Shown here: piece after piece, positions 28,261 to 41,503 of the stretch | Layout of the letters: every line of letters starts with the position of its first letter | Position numbering within the stretch: position 1 is the first letter of the stretch | Origin: Octopus vulgaris | Lineage: Eukaryota | Assembly (NCBI GenBank): GCA_951406725.2 | Contig: OX597817.1 | Coordinates: 101,432,001-101,496,000, forward strand | Length of the DNA: 64,000 nt | Reading direction: 5' to 3' | Notes under the pieces: generated by a model | The model's database searches: none | The model's input: only the letters and a program-made list of their open reading frames with translations | Told to the model about the DNA's origin: nothing | Made by a program: the position numbers and the translations under genes

Positions 28261-29214
28261 GATTTACGTTGCATATTAAAATTTATACCTTGAGATTTTG
28301 TTAGAATTCAGATGCGAGTTTCGTATACGAATACTTCTTTGTAAACAACACGATTGAGAATGGAAAAAACAGATAACGTGTATATATGGATATTTCAAAA
28401 GTTATTGCTTTTTCATCACCATCACATTCAACCCATCAACTATCCATGAATGCAATGCTTAAATACTAAGTATAACGGCGTAATACTACTGGATAGACCG
28501 ATTTATATATTAAATACATGCATAGCAACTGATATATAAATATTTATTGCTAGCAAGGACAAGTATTTCGTTTTGCAACCGTAATATACTAGAATGTATA
28601 TCAATGGTTTATAGGTATATATTGTGTCTTACTTTTGTGTTAGCAATGCGTTGCTCTCCTTTTTAAGTTCATCTCTGCAGATTTTGTATAGAATTCAGAG
28701 CCAGCACTGAAAGTTACGACGTTTCGCATTCGCATCTGTCTAAGTAAACTATGCGATTGAAGAATAGGTAATGGGTGTATATGCGTATTTCGAGGTTTCT
28801 TGCTCTTTCATTAGCACCACATCCGAACTACCAAATATCCCACATCCAAATCATCAAATATCCACGAATGCATTCTTTTATACCCAGCTTCATAAGAATC
28901 GATTACCCGGTTTCCGTGACGTATTCGTAACCATGATCGCTAGATTTTTCTGGCTGAGAAACCAGACAATCGTACTAATTTACAGCTGAGTGGATAAGAC
29001 AATGTGAAATAAAATGTTTTGCTCAAAAACAAAACGTCTTATCCGGTCTGGTAATCGAAACTGCAATCTTGCGATTGGGCGAGCGGCAAGCTAGGCACTT
29101 GACCATTCGTCTCTATGCATATGTATGTGTGCATGTTTGTGTGTATGTTTGTGAATTTTCCGGCGTAGCCACAGCCTTCATCTCAAACCCGTAATGAGGT
29201 AGGATACTAGAATG

Positions 29215-29273
<59 letters not shown>

Positions 29274-29689
29274 GTGTGCATGTATATACACACATGCATG
29301 CGCGTGTGTATGTGTGGGGGCCAGATCCTGTCTCACCCATTTTGGTTTCATAATTTGGTTATTTCCGATTCGTCGTATGTACAGGATGATAACTTTACAG
29401 GCATCCTGTTGAACGATTTTTACTGACAACACACACACAGACAAACACACAAGCATACACAAACACGTAGTCACGTACAGGCAACCATCGCACAAACAAA
29501 TACATACACACACACACATATTTGAGGATGTGCACAATATATTGACGTACAGATGAAAGCACACTAGAAGAAAAAGTAACAAAAGAAATCTAGTTTCTCG
29601 AGTATACAGGCACCATAAGCCCACCGATGTACACATATATGTATACGTAAACACATACATATGTACATAAATGTACATATCTACGTACA

Positions 29690-29820
29690 TACATACATGC
29701 ATACATACATACATACATACATACATACATACATACATACATACATACATACATACATACATACATACATACATGCATACATACATACATGCATACATAC
29801 ATACATACATACATACATAT
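29690..29820. repeat. (CATA)n microsatellite
   Basis: Direct reading. Confidence 0.9.
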
Positions 29821-29958
29821 CTAACTAGCTAGCTGGCTGTCTATCAGCTTGAGTTGAAGACTTTCGGATTTTCACTGATAATTTTTGACAACTTTCGTGC
29901 AATTTATCATCCAATTGTTGCTGAATTGTTTATTGTTTATTGTTTATTTTTATATATA

Positions 29959-30354
29959 GGCGTAGGAGTGGCTGTGTGGTAAGTAGCTTGCTTACGAACC
30001 ACATGGTTCCGGGTTCGGTCCCACTGCGTGGCACCTTGGGTAGATGTCTTCTACTATAGCCTCGGGCCGACCAAACCCTTGTGAGTGGATTTGGTAGACG
30101 GAAACAGAAAGAAGCCCGTCGTATATATGTATATTTATGTGCGTGTTTGCGTGTCTGTGTTTGTCCCCCAACATCGCTTGGCAACCGATGCTGGTGCGTT
30201 TACGTCCCCGTAACTTAGCGGTTCGGCAAAAAAGAGACCGATAAAATAAGTACTAGGCTTACAAAGAATAAGTCCTGGGGTTGATTTGATCGACTAAAGG
30301 CGGTGCTCTAGCATGGCCACAGTCACATGACTGAAACAAGTAAAAGAGTAAGAG
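29959..30354 (+). mobile_element. SINE family B, full length
   Basis: tRNA-like head (A-box tggctgtgtggt, B-box gggttcggtccc), central core, LINE-like tail ending taaaagagtaagag. Confidence 0.88.
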
Positions 30355-30369
30355 TATATAACATATAAG

Positions 30370-31412
30370 CATTAATTGCTTTTACAGCTTTGTTAATGTT
30401 AGAGAAAGCATTGCAATCAGAGCTATTTTCCTCTACGTGAAGTTAAAAGGATTGAGTGCAGCGACAAAAGATATTAATGATGTGGAAGGCCCAGGAAGTG
30501 TCAATGAATGAGTGGTACAAAACTGGTTCAGAAGGAAGGTAGCATAAGCTGCGAAGACATACCAAAGACAGAGAGATATTTTGCTGTGGATGATGAGGTT
30601 TTGCTTGAAATAGTGAAAGCACGAGTACGCTTACATTTCCGTAGAAGTTTGTCCCTCACAAAGCACCATCCATTGACACCTCCATAAGCTCGGCCTTGTG
30701 AATAGTAGCTGTCGAGAAGTTCCTTATAAATTGGTCATTGACCAGGTCAACGACGTGTGAACATTTACATACGACTCCTGGTGAATCCTCGAGATGCCAG
30801 TTAAGAGCGTCGAATGGGGATGGAAAATGGATTCATTTTCGTAATCCTTATAGGAAAAATCAGCGACTTCGATCCGGTCTGGCTTCAGAATTTATTGCCA
30901 AACAAGGGCAGTTTGAACATAATATTGCATGTTTGGAGGGGATGTTGCACTTTGAGCTGGTCGCAAACGGTCAGGTTATGAACACTAACCGCAATGCTCA
31001 ACCACTGCAGCGAGAGTATAATGTTTTGAAATCCCACTAACCGGTATTGGTCAATCGAAGACGCGTACTCCTACAGCATCCCCCCTCACACACACCATTG
31101 AGGGGTTCGAAGTGCAACCTAACGTTGCGTACTGTCTAAACCTTGCATCATCAGGTTAACACCCTTCTCCAGGCATGGCTCCCTGCATTAACGGGATTTC
31201 AACAATGTAGCTGAAAATGGGTGCAGGGATTTTTTGGGGCTCTAAACCAACTAAATGGTATAAGTGTGGAATTTAGCTTCCGGCATAAATATAGCAATAC
31301 ACAAAGGAATATGATAGGATGTATTTTTGATGAACATACACTTTGCGTATATAATTTGTCTGAACTATTTATTAAAGCTTGAATTACAAAAAAAAAGTTT
31401 AACCCAACCTGG
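30370..31412 (+). mobile_element. Second mariner-like element, degraded
   Basis: GDGKWIHF (TGDEKW-like), LLQH, AYCLNLASSG (YSPDLAPSD-like) remnants. Confidence 0.65.
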
Positions 31413-31522
<110 letters not shown>

Positions 31523-31532
31523 CAGTTCTATA

Positions 31533-31695
31533 TTGAAGAGATGAGGAATTATGTACATTATTTACATTTGACGGATAATTGTCCTCCTCTTTTTTGTTGT
31601 TAACACAACGCTTCGGCTGATATACTCTCCAGCCTTCATCAGGTGTCAGGAGAAATTTCGAACCTCGGTTCTCATTCCTAAGATATTTTTCGATG

Positions 31696-31729
<34 letters not shown>

Positions 31730-31736
31730 GATGATG

Positions 31737-31824
<88 letters not shown>

Positions 31825-31896
31825 TGACTGCCTGGAATCGAACTCGAAATGTTGGGATTAGTAACCCGCGCTTTTAACCACTATGCCATATGCCCG
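31533..31896 (-). mobile_element. ORF-less copy of the PLE terminal repeat: tRNA-like head + (AAT)n + hammerhead motif
   Basis: Homologous to 42947-43258 and 44241-44407. Minus strand reads cgggcatatggcatagtggttaa...gagttcgattcc...(aat)n...gacacCTGATGAaggctg...cagccGAAGcgttgtgtt. Confidence 0.8.
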
Positions 31897-32118
31897 AGAG
31901 ATCCTTAAGACGAAATTAAACGGACGGAATAAGATCGAAGCTTTCAACACCTGGGCGGTTTCACTCCTTAGATATGGAGCAGCGGTAATCGCATGGAGAG
32001 TAGACGAACTAAACAGCTTAGACAATAAGACAAGGAAGTTGCTAACTAGATATGGGTCACTCCACCCAAAAAGTGACTTAGACAGACTGTGTGAACCATG
32101 AAAGAAAGGTGAAAGAGG
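31897..32118 (+). mobile_element. R4/Dong-type fragment, family E, fused to the family A copy
   Basis: ILKTKLNGRNKIEAFNTWAVSLLRYG...LHPKSDLDRL. This post-RT region lies upstream of the family A RT, so it is a separate element. Confidence 0.7.
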
Positions 32119-34593
32119 AAAGTCTAAGCAACTGGAATGGACCTGGGCATGACAAGATCCCCAACTTCTGGTTGAAATATCTACCAGGAATGCACAAAAA
32201 GCTGACTGAATACTAACAACATACTGGCAGAGCCAGAGACAATGCCTGAATGGCTCATGAAGGGGAAACCATCTTAATTCCCAAATCCAATGAGACAGTA
32301 AGATCAGAGAACTACAGACCTATAACCTGTCTCCCTACAGTGTACAAAGCATTTACTGCAGTAATATCACAAAGATTAAACAAGCACCTGGACGAAAACA
32401 ACCTGTTTCCAGAAGAGCATAAAGAATTCCGCAAAGGCTCATGGCTGTAAAGATCAACTAATGATCGATAAAGCCATTACTGAAGACAGCCACAGAAAGA
32501 AGAAAGGCCTCAGTATGGCCTGGATCGACTACAGAAAGGTGTTTGATAGCATCCCCCACACATGGATCCTCGAAACACTAGCCATTAACAAAGTAGCACC
32601 AACAATTATAAAGTACATAGCACACTCTATGAATAAATGGCAAACAGAGCTACAGCTCCAAACAAAAGAGGGACTCATGAGAACCAAAGCCATCCCCATT
32701 AGAAGAGGAATATTCCAGGGAGACACGCTCTCTCCCCTCCTTTTCTGCTAGGCATTGTCATCTCTATCTGATATGCTAAATAGAACTGGATGCGGATATA
32801 AATGTTACGGCAAAACGATCAGCCACCTTTTATATATGGATGACCTAAAACTATACGCTACAGATGACAAACAGCTGGAAACACTACTAAAGACAGTTCA
32901 TGGATTTACCAAAGAAATAGATATGAAATTTGGATTAGAAAAATGCGCCAAAGTAACCATGAAAAGAGGAAAACTAGTTAAGAGTAGCAACATCACACTA
33001 GATAAAACCGATGAAATAAAATAATTAGACCAAAGCCAAACTTGCAAATACTTAGGAATCCATGAACTAGATAACACAACACACACAAATGAAAGAGAAA
33101 ATAAAAAAGAATATTATAGACGAGTTAGATCAATACTAAAAACAGAGCTCAATGCTAAAAACAAGATAATAGGTATTAGCACTTTAGCCGTCCCAGTTAT
33201 AAGTTACAGCTACAATATCCTTAACTGGACACGAAATGAACTGACCAAAATAGATAGGGAAACAAGAAAAATAATGACAGGATCTAGGATGCATCACCCA
33301 AAATCTGACATAGAAAGACTATATATACAACGTATAGAAGGTGGTAGAGGCCTTATGCAGCTGGAAAACTACTATAAAATAACCACCATAGGACTGCAAA
33401 AATATCTACTTCAGAAGGAAGGAAAACTGATACAAATAGCGGCAAAACACGAGCAAAACAAAAACTGTTCTCAGTATTTAAGGAAGCTGACAAATACAAA
33501 CAAGAAATCATACCACCTAACAAATATAAAGAAGAAGAAGAAGAAGAAGAAGAAGAAGAAGAAGAAGAAGAAGAAGAAGAAGAAGAAGAAGAAGAAGAAG
33601 AAGAAGAAGAAGAAGAAGAAGAAGAAGAAGAAGAAGAAGAAGAAGAAGAAGAAGAAGAAACAACAAAAGCTATAAAACAAATGAAATCCAAACTAAAACT
33701 AGAACAGCAAAGAACCGTGATAAAACGATGGCAAGAAAACCCCTCCACGGTAAATACTGGACTAAAATAAATGCAAAAGAAATAGACAAAGAAAAATCCC
33801 AGCAATGGTTGAGAAGCTCAGGACTCAAAGCAGAGACAGAGGGATTTTTAATTGCAGCACAAGACCAAAGCCTCCCCACCACAAATTACCAAAAACATGT
33901 AATGAAAAGAAATATAACAAGTAACTGCAGAATATGTGGAGATGGACAAGAAACAATAAATCATATTATCTCTGGCTGCCCAGTCCTGGATAAGAAGGAA
34001 TATATTCACAGACACGACAGAGTTGGGAACTACATACACTGGAAGCTATGCCAACATTATGGGATAAGAACAGAAAGAAGATGATATAGGCACACACCAG
34101 AAAAGGTCACAGAAAACGAGAAAGCAACCATACTCTGGGATATGCCGATACACACAGATAGAGAAATTAAGGCCAACAGACCAGATATAGTTGTCAGAGA
34201 TCATGAAGAAGAAAAAATGCTTTCTAATTGATGTATCAAACCAGCAGATGACAACGTGTCTCTAAAAGAAATGGAGAAACTTTCAAAATACAAAGACCTG
34301 GAAATAGAGGTAAATAGAATGTGGAATCTAAAAACAGAAACAATTCCTATCATAGTAGGTGCATTAGGCATGATGAAAAAATATTCAGGACAAATACATA
34401 ACAAAAACACCAGGACTTACAAACACATATAACATACAGAAAATTGCACTACTAGACACTGCCCACATCCTGCGCAGAACACTTTCAATACAGTAACCAT
34501 CAGAGCATCACAACAAATCACAGCACATACCCAAGGCACACAGAGCTGCGCTCGGTAGTGAAGTGAAAGCACGCTATAAAAATAAAACTACTG
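32119..34593 (+). mobile_element. R4/Dong family A, copy 3 (RT to 3' end), with (GAA)n expansion
   Basis: NYRPITCLPT, AWIDYRKVFDS, GIFQGDTLSPLLF, LYMDDLKL, AAQDQ, CRICG, RHD. 3' UTR as in copies 1 and 2, followed by an AAT run. Confidence 0.9.
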
Positions 34594-34614
34594 AATGATA
34601 ATAATAATAATAAT

Positions 34615-34968
34615 AGTTTCAAATTTTTATCACAAGGGCAGTAATTTCGGAGGAAAGGATGAGTCGATTATATCGACTCCAGTGTTCAACTGGTACTTAT
34701 TTTATCGACCCCGAAAGGATGATAATAAGACGAGTTGGTTTTTTACACTTAGACCCTCGGAAAAATTTTAAGGACTTGAAAGACTTGTGTGTACAAGTAG
34801 TGAATGCTTCATGCTTCTTAAGTAACAGTGTCGGGGTAGGTAGGAATATGCTCGCAAATAGCATGCAAGTAAATTGATCTCGGCGAATTTTGAACTCGAC
34901 GAGCGAAATACCGCTAAGCATTTCGCCCTGCGTGCTGCGTGCTAGCGATCATGCCAGCTTGTCGCCTT
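34615..34968 (-). mobile_element. SINE family A, split by a ~145 bp PLE-derived insert (34723-34866)
   Basis: SINE consensus breaks after cccgaaaggatga and resumes at aagtaaattgatctcggcg. Confidence 0.75.
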
Positions 34969-35007
34969 AACAACAACAGCAACAACAACAACAATAACAG
35001 CAACAAC

Positions 35008-35078
<71 letters not shown>

Positions 35079-35084
35079 CAACAA

Positions 35085-36990
35085 TGCCTCCAGTACCAAT
35101 CGTAGTAATGGACCTTCAGTGACTATTAATATTTCCCAGGAGTGTAGAATATCCACGATCTCATTTATTTATTAACACCTTATAGGTTCAAATGAGTTAC
35201 ATATTAGTGATAACGCTGGGAACACTACCTTAAACCATAGCATGCCCTTTAATAGTACAGCAATCCACATACGGCAAATCGCTATGTACCAGATAGATCT
35301 AGTTGCAACTGCAAATCTAGGAATGAATGCCCGCCGCAAACCCATTGCAGGAGCTTTAACATTGTCTACAAATGCACGGTTCGTAACACGCTTCACAATT
35401 CTACCAGGTATTATATTGGATCCACAATTAATTTCAAGCATAGATATTCGGCTAATATAAATTCGTTGACTTATGAAAGGTACAGCAAGACTACCTCGCT
35501 TGCTGATCACGTGCTTCACCTTATGAAAAACATATTCCCTACAATATATCTTAGTTCATAATTAATTCCGAACTTCCATACCAAGGCCAGTGCACTACTT
35601 GCGGGCTATTTTCGGGCTACCTAACCCTACACTGTTATTTAATAAGCAGCATGAAGCATTCCCTACTTGTACACAAAATGTTTTCAATTCCTTCAAATTT
35701 TTCCGAAGGTCTAAGTGTAAAAATACCAACACGTCTTATTATCACTAACATCTAACTTAGACATTTATACCGTTATTAAACATTCTGTCGGTATATATAT
35801 AGACTACATAGCCCCATAGTCTCTCCATTTGCGTTAAGGACACTAAATTATATTTTTAATCTAATTTTTAATTTTAAGAGTTAATCTCATTCTTATTTTA
35901 GTTATTTTTGTCTTTATTCCTTTAGCTATTTACATTACTTTTATACCACATTTCTTAAAATCTTTGCAAGTTGACATCAAAATCTTAAATCTTTTCTTTA
36001 CAGTTTGGCACCTACTTCTAGCATACTAGCTCTCCTTAAGGGCTAGAGAACCAGACATATCCATCCCAGTTTGATTTGACTACCCATATCTACACTTGTC
36101 GATTATCTTTCTTATATCCACTTTATTATTTGATACCTTAGATCCGTAGGTCTAGCATCTGCCCTGTTTTTTTCTTCCTTACCTGTCGGTTTTAACATTT
36201 TCCACCCCAAACTTCTTTGGATGGGAATGCTAATTTAGTAGTCCTCCATCCTCTCCCTAATTTTCTCTCTAATTTCCCAAGACTATAATACCCCTCATTA
36301 TATAGATCTACTCACCTTTCTCATACTAGAATGTATTATTTATTCCTCCTCATTCTCTCAGGACTGAATACCCTCTGACATACTGAGCACTATATATCTA
36401 ATACAAACCTTCTACTTATCCACCATTTTCCCTCACAACAGAATATATTATTTATTTCGCCTCTCATTATTCACATAACTTTGAAACTGCTAGCATTTAC
36501 TCTACATCTGGAGCGAATACCCTTTAATATACTAAACAGTATATATCCAATGTTTACCTCTTACACCAGAACGTATCTTTGTTCCATGCACAGCGCTGGG
36601 TCTGCTTGCATTCAACTTCACTTTCCCTCAATATAGAGTATTTCTTAACTATTCTTTCCCTCTTCTCACCTTGATGTATCATTTAAACATTCTTTCTGAT
36701 CATGAATTTACCTAAAGATGACTCGATGGAACTCGATTTAATTGGACCCGTCTACCCTCCTGGACATAATAAAACACGACAAATATCATTGATGAGGAAC
36801 ATTCTTTCCACTGTCTAACCTATATTTCTCTGATGATGGAATGCTTGGCTTATAGAATCATCGCTAGATACGATGCACTAAATAGCTGGGGTATCCCAGA
36901 AACAGCTACCAGAGGCTATCATTACCAGTTTTGTATTATTTTTACCGTTCATTATGTAGCTAAATGTTTAGATTGAATTAAATGAAATCA
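35085..36990 (+). mobile_element. Penelope-like element (Neptune/Naiad-type Cys-rich GIY-YIG) 3' part, with degenerate hammerhead
   Basis: + strand SCNCKSRNECPPQTHCRSFNIVYKC (from ~35301), YYIGSTINFKHRY...TSLADHV, LFNKQHE...C. CTGATGA...tcccaGAAAcagct at ~36829-36907. Confidence 0.75.
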
Positions 36991-38168
36991 AATGCCCTAG
37001 TCCTACCTTGAATAATTGTTTGCCTTTCCTCACTACTTTAACCTATACCTACTGACTCAAAAGGAAGCCACCATTGGCCATTTTTGAAAAAGACATTCAC
37101 ACAACCTCAACTTCTACCGCTGTTCTAACTGGAATTTTGGTAGCACACCTATTTGGGTATTCAGAACGCATACTTATTAGTTTGAGTCACCGTGATCTAA
37201 ACTCCTCCTATCTTATATATATATATATTGCTTGTATATTATATATCTTATTTTATTTATTTTATTTGTATAATCATATTTATTAGCAGGACCCTTGATT
37301 ATTTCATGGAATTAATAGTAAACCTACTGGGTTATTCCTGAAAACTTTATCCAAAATGTCTGACAGCGTAGCCTATCAAAAGATAGTCGCTCATCTGCTG
37401 TTCATTGAAAAGTGAAGGAAACTGGAATAAGATGACTACTTAATGCACTTTATATATGTACTTTATATAATTTATGCTCAATTTTATAGACTTAATAGGT
37501 AGCACTCACAAAATAAATATTTACTCTTGTTTCCATTTTCCTAATAAACAGAAAAAATTACATTTTAAAATTTACATAGTCATAATTTCATATCTAGAAA
37601 ACAAAACTTTTATTGTAAAAGAAATTATTTTATATGTAAAATATAGGGGTCACAATTTCACACGGGTAAAAATTTAATGCAACATAGCATATTCTGAAAA
37701 CCATGTCGTTGGTAACTTATAAGCCAAGGCGATGAGTCAAGACCAATACACATTTCAATTTGCGTACACCTCCTAATCTAATACTTCTTTGCAGACTATG
37801 TTCTTCGGGTAAGTTCTCCCTCTTCTTTTCCCTTGTTTGTCAATGTTAATAACTTTAACTCTCACATCAGATAATTTGCGAGCCCTTGAAAATGCAACAT
37901 ATAGCAGACCATGGCTGAGTACAGGTTCAAGCAAGAACAACCCCACTTAGTCAAATGTTAGCCCTTATGATTTATTGATAATCATTGCATATGACAGGCA
38001 AACGAGAAACCGTTTTCCTTCTAAAATGAATGGCAAGTTTGGGATGCGCATGCGTTAAATGATAGGTGATATAAAAAAAAACTTAGTTCAATTAACAATT
38101 TTAAAACAATTATTTTTCACTGTGCACTCACCATCACCACTGCCACCACTAGCACTACCACCAGTACC

Positions 38169-38208
<40 letters not shown>

Positions 38209-38599
38209 CCTCTCTGTCTTTCTTTACTCTCACCATCAGAACATCACCCTTCTGCTAAAATTATATTCCTAACTTTCCTCTGTATCACTCCATTCAAATA
38301 ACTTTTTTAACCACGTAATAAATATTGTTTCCCCTACCATATGTCATGGACACTTCTCTTTCCATCTTTTCTCTCTCCCTCTTTTTATTTCTTTCTCTTT
38401 CTGCTTTACTTTTCGCCTATCCTATTTTTCTCTTTCCTTTTTGTTTTTCTTTTGTTCTCTCATTCCCTTCAGGTAATCACATTAAAGGTTTACAGTTCTC
38501 TTTACCATACGCCATGAACACTTCATTCACCCTCTTTTTCTCTAATCACGTGAAAGCGTTACCGTCGGGCTAAGTGGCGTAATGACAAGCAGAATTATT

Positions 38600-38900
38600 A
38601 TAAGACTAGCTGGCCGTCAATAAGACTAGCGTGCTGTCAATAATTACGGCTAATTGTAGTAATTTATATATAAATAAGGTACAAAACCAAGTTTTTAGTT
38701 TAATAATTCTTTTATTGCCAAATGTTATGCGCAATTATCATCCCTTGACTGCTTGATTCATTCAAAGAATTTTTAAGTTTTCCTTCCTTCTTGTATATCA
38801 TAAAGCTGGTAGTGACTGAATGCAGGGGCTGGCAAGTAAATATCAACATTTTCGAAGCGACGTTTCCTTTCAATTGCGCTCTTCATTGCCGAAACCAACC
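38600..38900 (-). mobile_element. Possible Helitron helicase remnant
   Basis: Minus strand FENVDIYLPAPAFSHYQLY resembles the PIF1/Helitron motif VGIYL..PVFSHGQLY. Confidence 0.45.
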
Positions 38901-38986
38901 AAAACTCATACGACTTAAAGCCACAAAAGCAGTCCGTGACTTATAGCTGATGCTGAAAAAATGCCATATTATAAATTTATTACATA

Positions 38987-39617
38987 TATTTCTTAATATG
39001 AATAAATTAGGCACTTGTACGAAGTGTTAAATTTGTATTTATACTATGCTTTTCAACTGCTGTCGTTTTATATTCTTGTTACACTCAGGCAATAATTATT
39101 TTCTCTAATGAGTTTGTATATGTATATGTTTGTGTAGATGTGTGTGATTGTAATAATTATGTATAACACAACAGATAGAAATTAGATGGTAATTCATATT
39201 AATACACTTCTCAATATTATCTTGTGGTTGTATTTTGAGATGTGGTATCGATCATCGCTTTTACTGAAAGAACGCTGGTTAGTCTTTGTATAGTTACTGA
39301 AAGAACATTGGAAAAACATTTCTTAATATTAATAAATTAAGGACATGTATAAACTGTTAAATTAAGATGTGTATTTATAATATATCTTTCAACTACAGTC
39401 GTTTTATATTCTTGATACACGCAGGCAATAATTATTTTCTCTAATGAGTTTGTATATGTTATGTTTGTGTAGGTGTGTTTGATTAAAATAATTATTTATA
39501 ATAAAACAGACAGAATATGGATGGTAAATCAAATTGATATAATTCTCAATGTTATCAAGTGGTTGTCTGTTAAGATGTGACATCGTTCATTGTTTGTTAC
39601 TGAAAGAACACTGGTTC
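38987..39617. repeat. Diverged tandem duplication, unit ~330 bp
   Basis: 38987-39312 vs 39318-39617 share long blocks such as caggcaataattattttctctaatgagtttgtatatg. Confidence 0.85.
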
Positions 39618-40262
39618 ATACATACAAACATTCACATACTTCCCTTGTCCACACATATGCATACGTATACTCACACAGAGTTAAAACACTGTTTGATTTT
39701 CCTTTTTAGCGTTGAATGTTCACCATACCATTTCCATTGCATACACACACATACACACACATTTATATATATAGTTAAATAAGATTCCGGTAAATACCTA
39801 GTAAAATGTTATGCAAAGCTTTCTAAAGTTATTGGCTATGTAATATCAGCATTCAGTACAAATACTCCTGTTGCTGGATATACACCAGAATTCCATAGTA
39901 TCCGTAGAGCCTAGATAAATAGATAACTGATAGAAAATAGCATGAGCGACATTTTTCGTTTAGAATCTTTACAATTGTTCAGCACATTTTTGCCCTTGTA
40001 GTACGTTGATGAGATGCTGAGTAACCATTCAGCAATCATAGTTCTGAGATGTAAAATGCGCTTCCTCAGGTGATTGTTTAAATTCTCCTTCGTTAGATCC
40101 TCTCTTCATTTCACTCAGTGTGAGTGAAATAAAGAGAGGACGACACATCTCACCAATGTACAACAGGTATAAAAATGCGAGGAAACAATTGTAAAGATTT
40201 TTATATACAAGATGTTCATGCCATGTTCTATCAGTTATCAGTTATCATCTATCTATCTACCT

Positions 40263-40304
<42 letters not shown>

Positions 40305-40317
40305 ACATACATGGGTA

Positions 40318-40359
<42 letters not shown>

Positions 40360-40376
40360 CATATATATACATATAT

Positions 40377-40521
40377 ATATACTTTATCAAAAAGCAGCAA
40401 AAGTATCACAGAAACTGTTAGTCAGAGTTTCACGTTCCCGGTCGTCGGACGGACAATTTTGTTTACAATCTCTAACTAATAGTTTTTCTGGTATTTTTAC
40501 TGCTTTTTCATAAAGCATATA
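40377..40521. mobile_element. Small foldback/MITE-like element in a TA-rich site
   Basis: ~45 bp imperfect inverted repeats (ctttatcaaaaagcag... / ...ctgctttttcataaag). Confidence 0.6.
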
Positions 40522-40631
40522 ATTCTACCTCTGGTATTCGAGTACTATTTTGCCACCTTGTTTCCCATTTATAAGCTAACAGGGAAAACATTTCAATTTA
40601 GCACACTAAATCAAAATTTACAATATATATA

Positions 40632-41040
40632 TACTCTTTTACTCTTTTACTTGTTTCAGTCATTTGACTGCGGCCATGCTGGAGCACCGCCTTTAGTCGA
40701 GCAAATCGACTCCGGGACTCATTCTTTGTAAGTCCAGTACTTATTCTATCAGTCTCTTTTGCCGAACCGCTAAGTGACCGGGACATAAACACACCAGCAT
40801 CGGTTGTCAAGCAATGCTAGGGGGACAAACACAGACACACAAACACACACACACACACATATATATATACATATATACGACAGGCTTCTTTCAGTTTCCG
40901 TCTACCAAATCCACTCACAAGGCATTGGTCGGCCCGGGGCTATAGCAGAAGACACTTGCCCAAGATGCCACGCAGTGGGACTGAACCCGGAACCATGTGA
41001 TTGGTTAGCAAGCTACTTACCACATAGCCACTCCTGCGCC

Positions 41041-41041
<1 letters not shown>
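40632..41041 (-). mobile_element. SINE family B, full length
   Basis: Reverse complement of 29959-30354 along its whole length. Confidence 0.88.
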
Positions 41042-41065
<24 letters not shown>

Positions 41066-41071
<6 letters not shown>

Positions 41072-41342
41072 TAGAGACAAACCGGTATTTAGTTATTCAA
41101 TCGATAGTGAAAAGATATCTATAATAACTACATAGAAATTAATTAAATAACTTGTAATTATTATTCTAAAAATTTATATATTTAGTCATGAAACGCGCAT
41201 AGTCAATTTAAAGTTTGATTTGTTATGAGATTTTTAGAATAATAATCATAAGATATTTAATTAATTTCTATGTGGTTATTATAGATAATATCTTTTCACT
41301 ATTGATTGAATAACTAAGTAGCGGTTTGTCTCTAATTTATAT
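41066..41342. mobile_element. MITE/foldback element with ~85-100 bp inverted repeats in (TA)n
   Basis: aattagagacaaacc...agaaattaattaaata vs tatttaattaatttct...ggtttgtctctaatt. Confidence 0.75.
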
Positions 41343-41352
41343 ATATAACAAC

Positions 41353-41429
<77 letters not shown>

Positions 41430-41440
41430 TAATGATGATG

Positions 41441-41503
<63 letters not shown>

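Noticed and set aside
29959-30035. tRNA gene
   Set aside because: A/B boxes are present, but the sequence continues into a multi-copy SINE body and tail. The same applies to the family A and PLE-repeat heads.
35172-35519. 115 aa minus-strand ORF as a host gene
   Set aside because: Antisense shadow of the + strand PLE GIY-YIG remnant.
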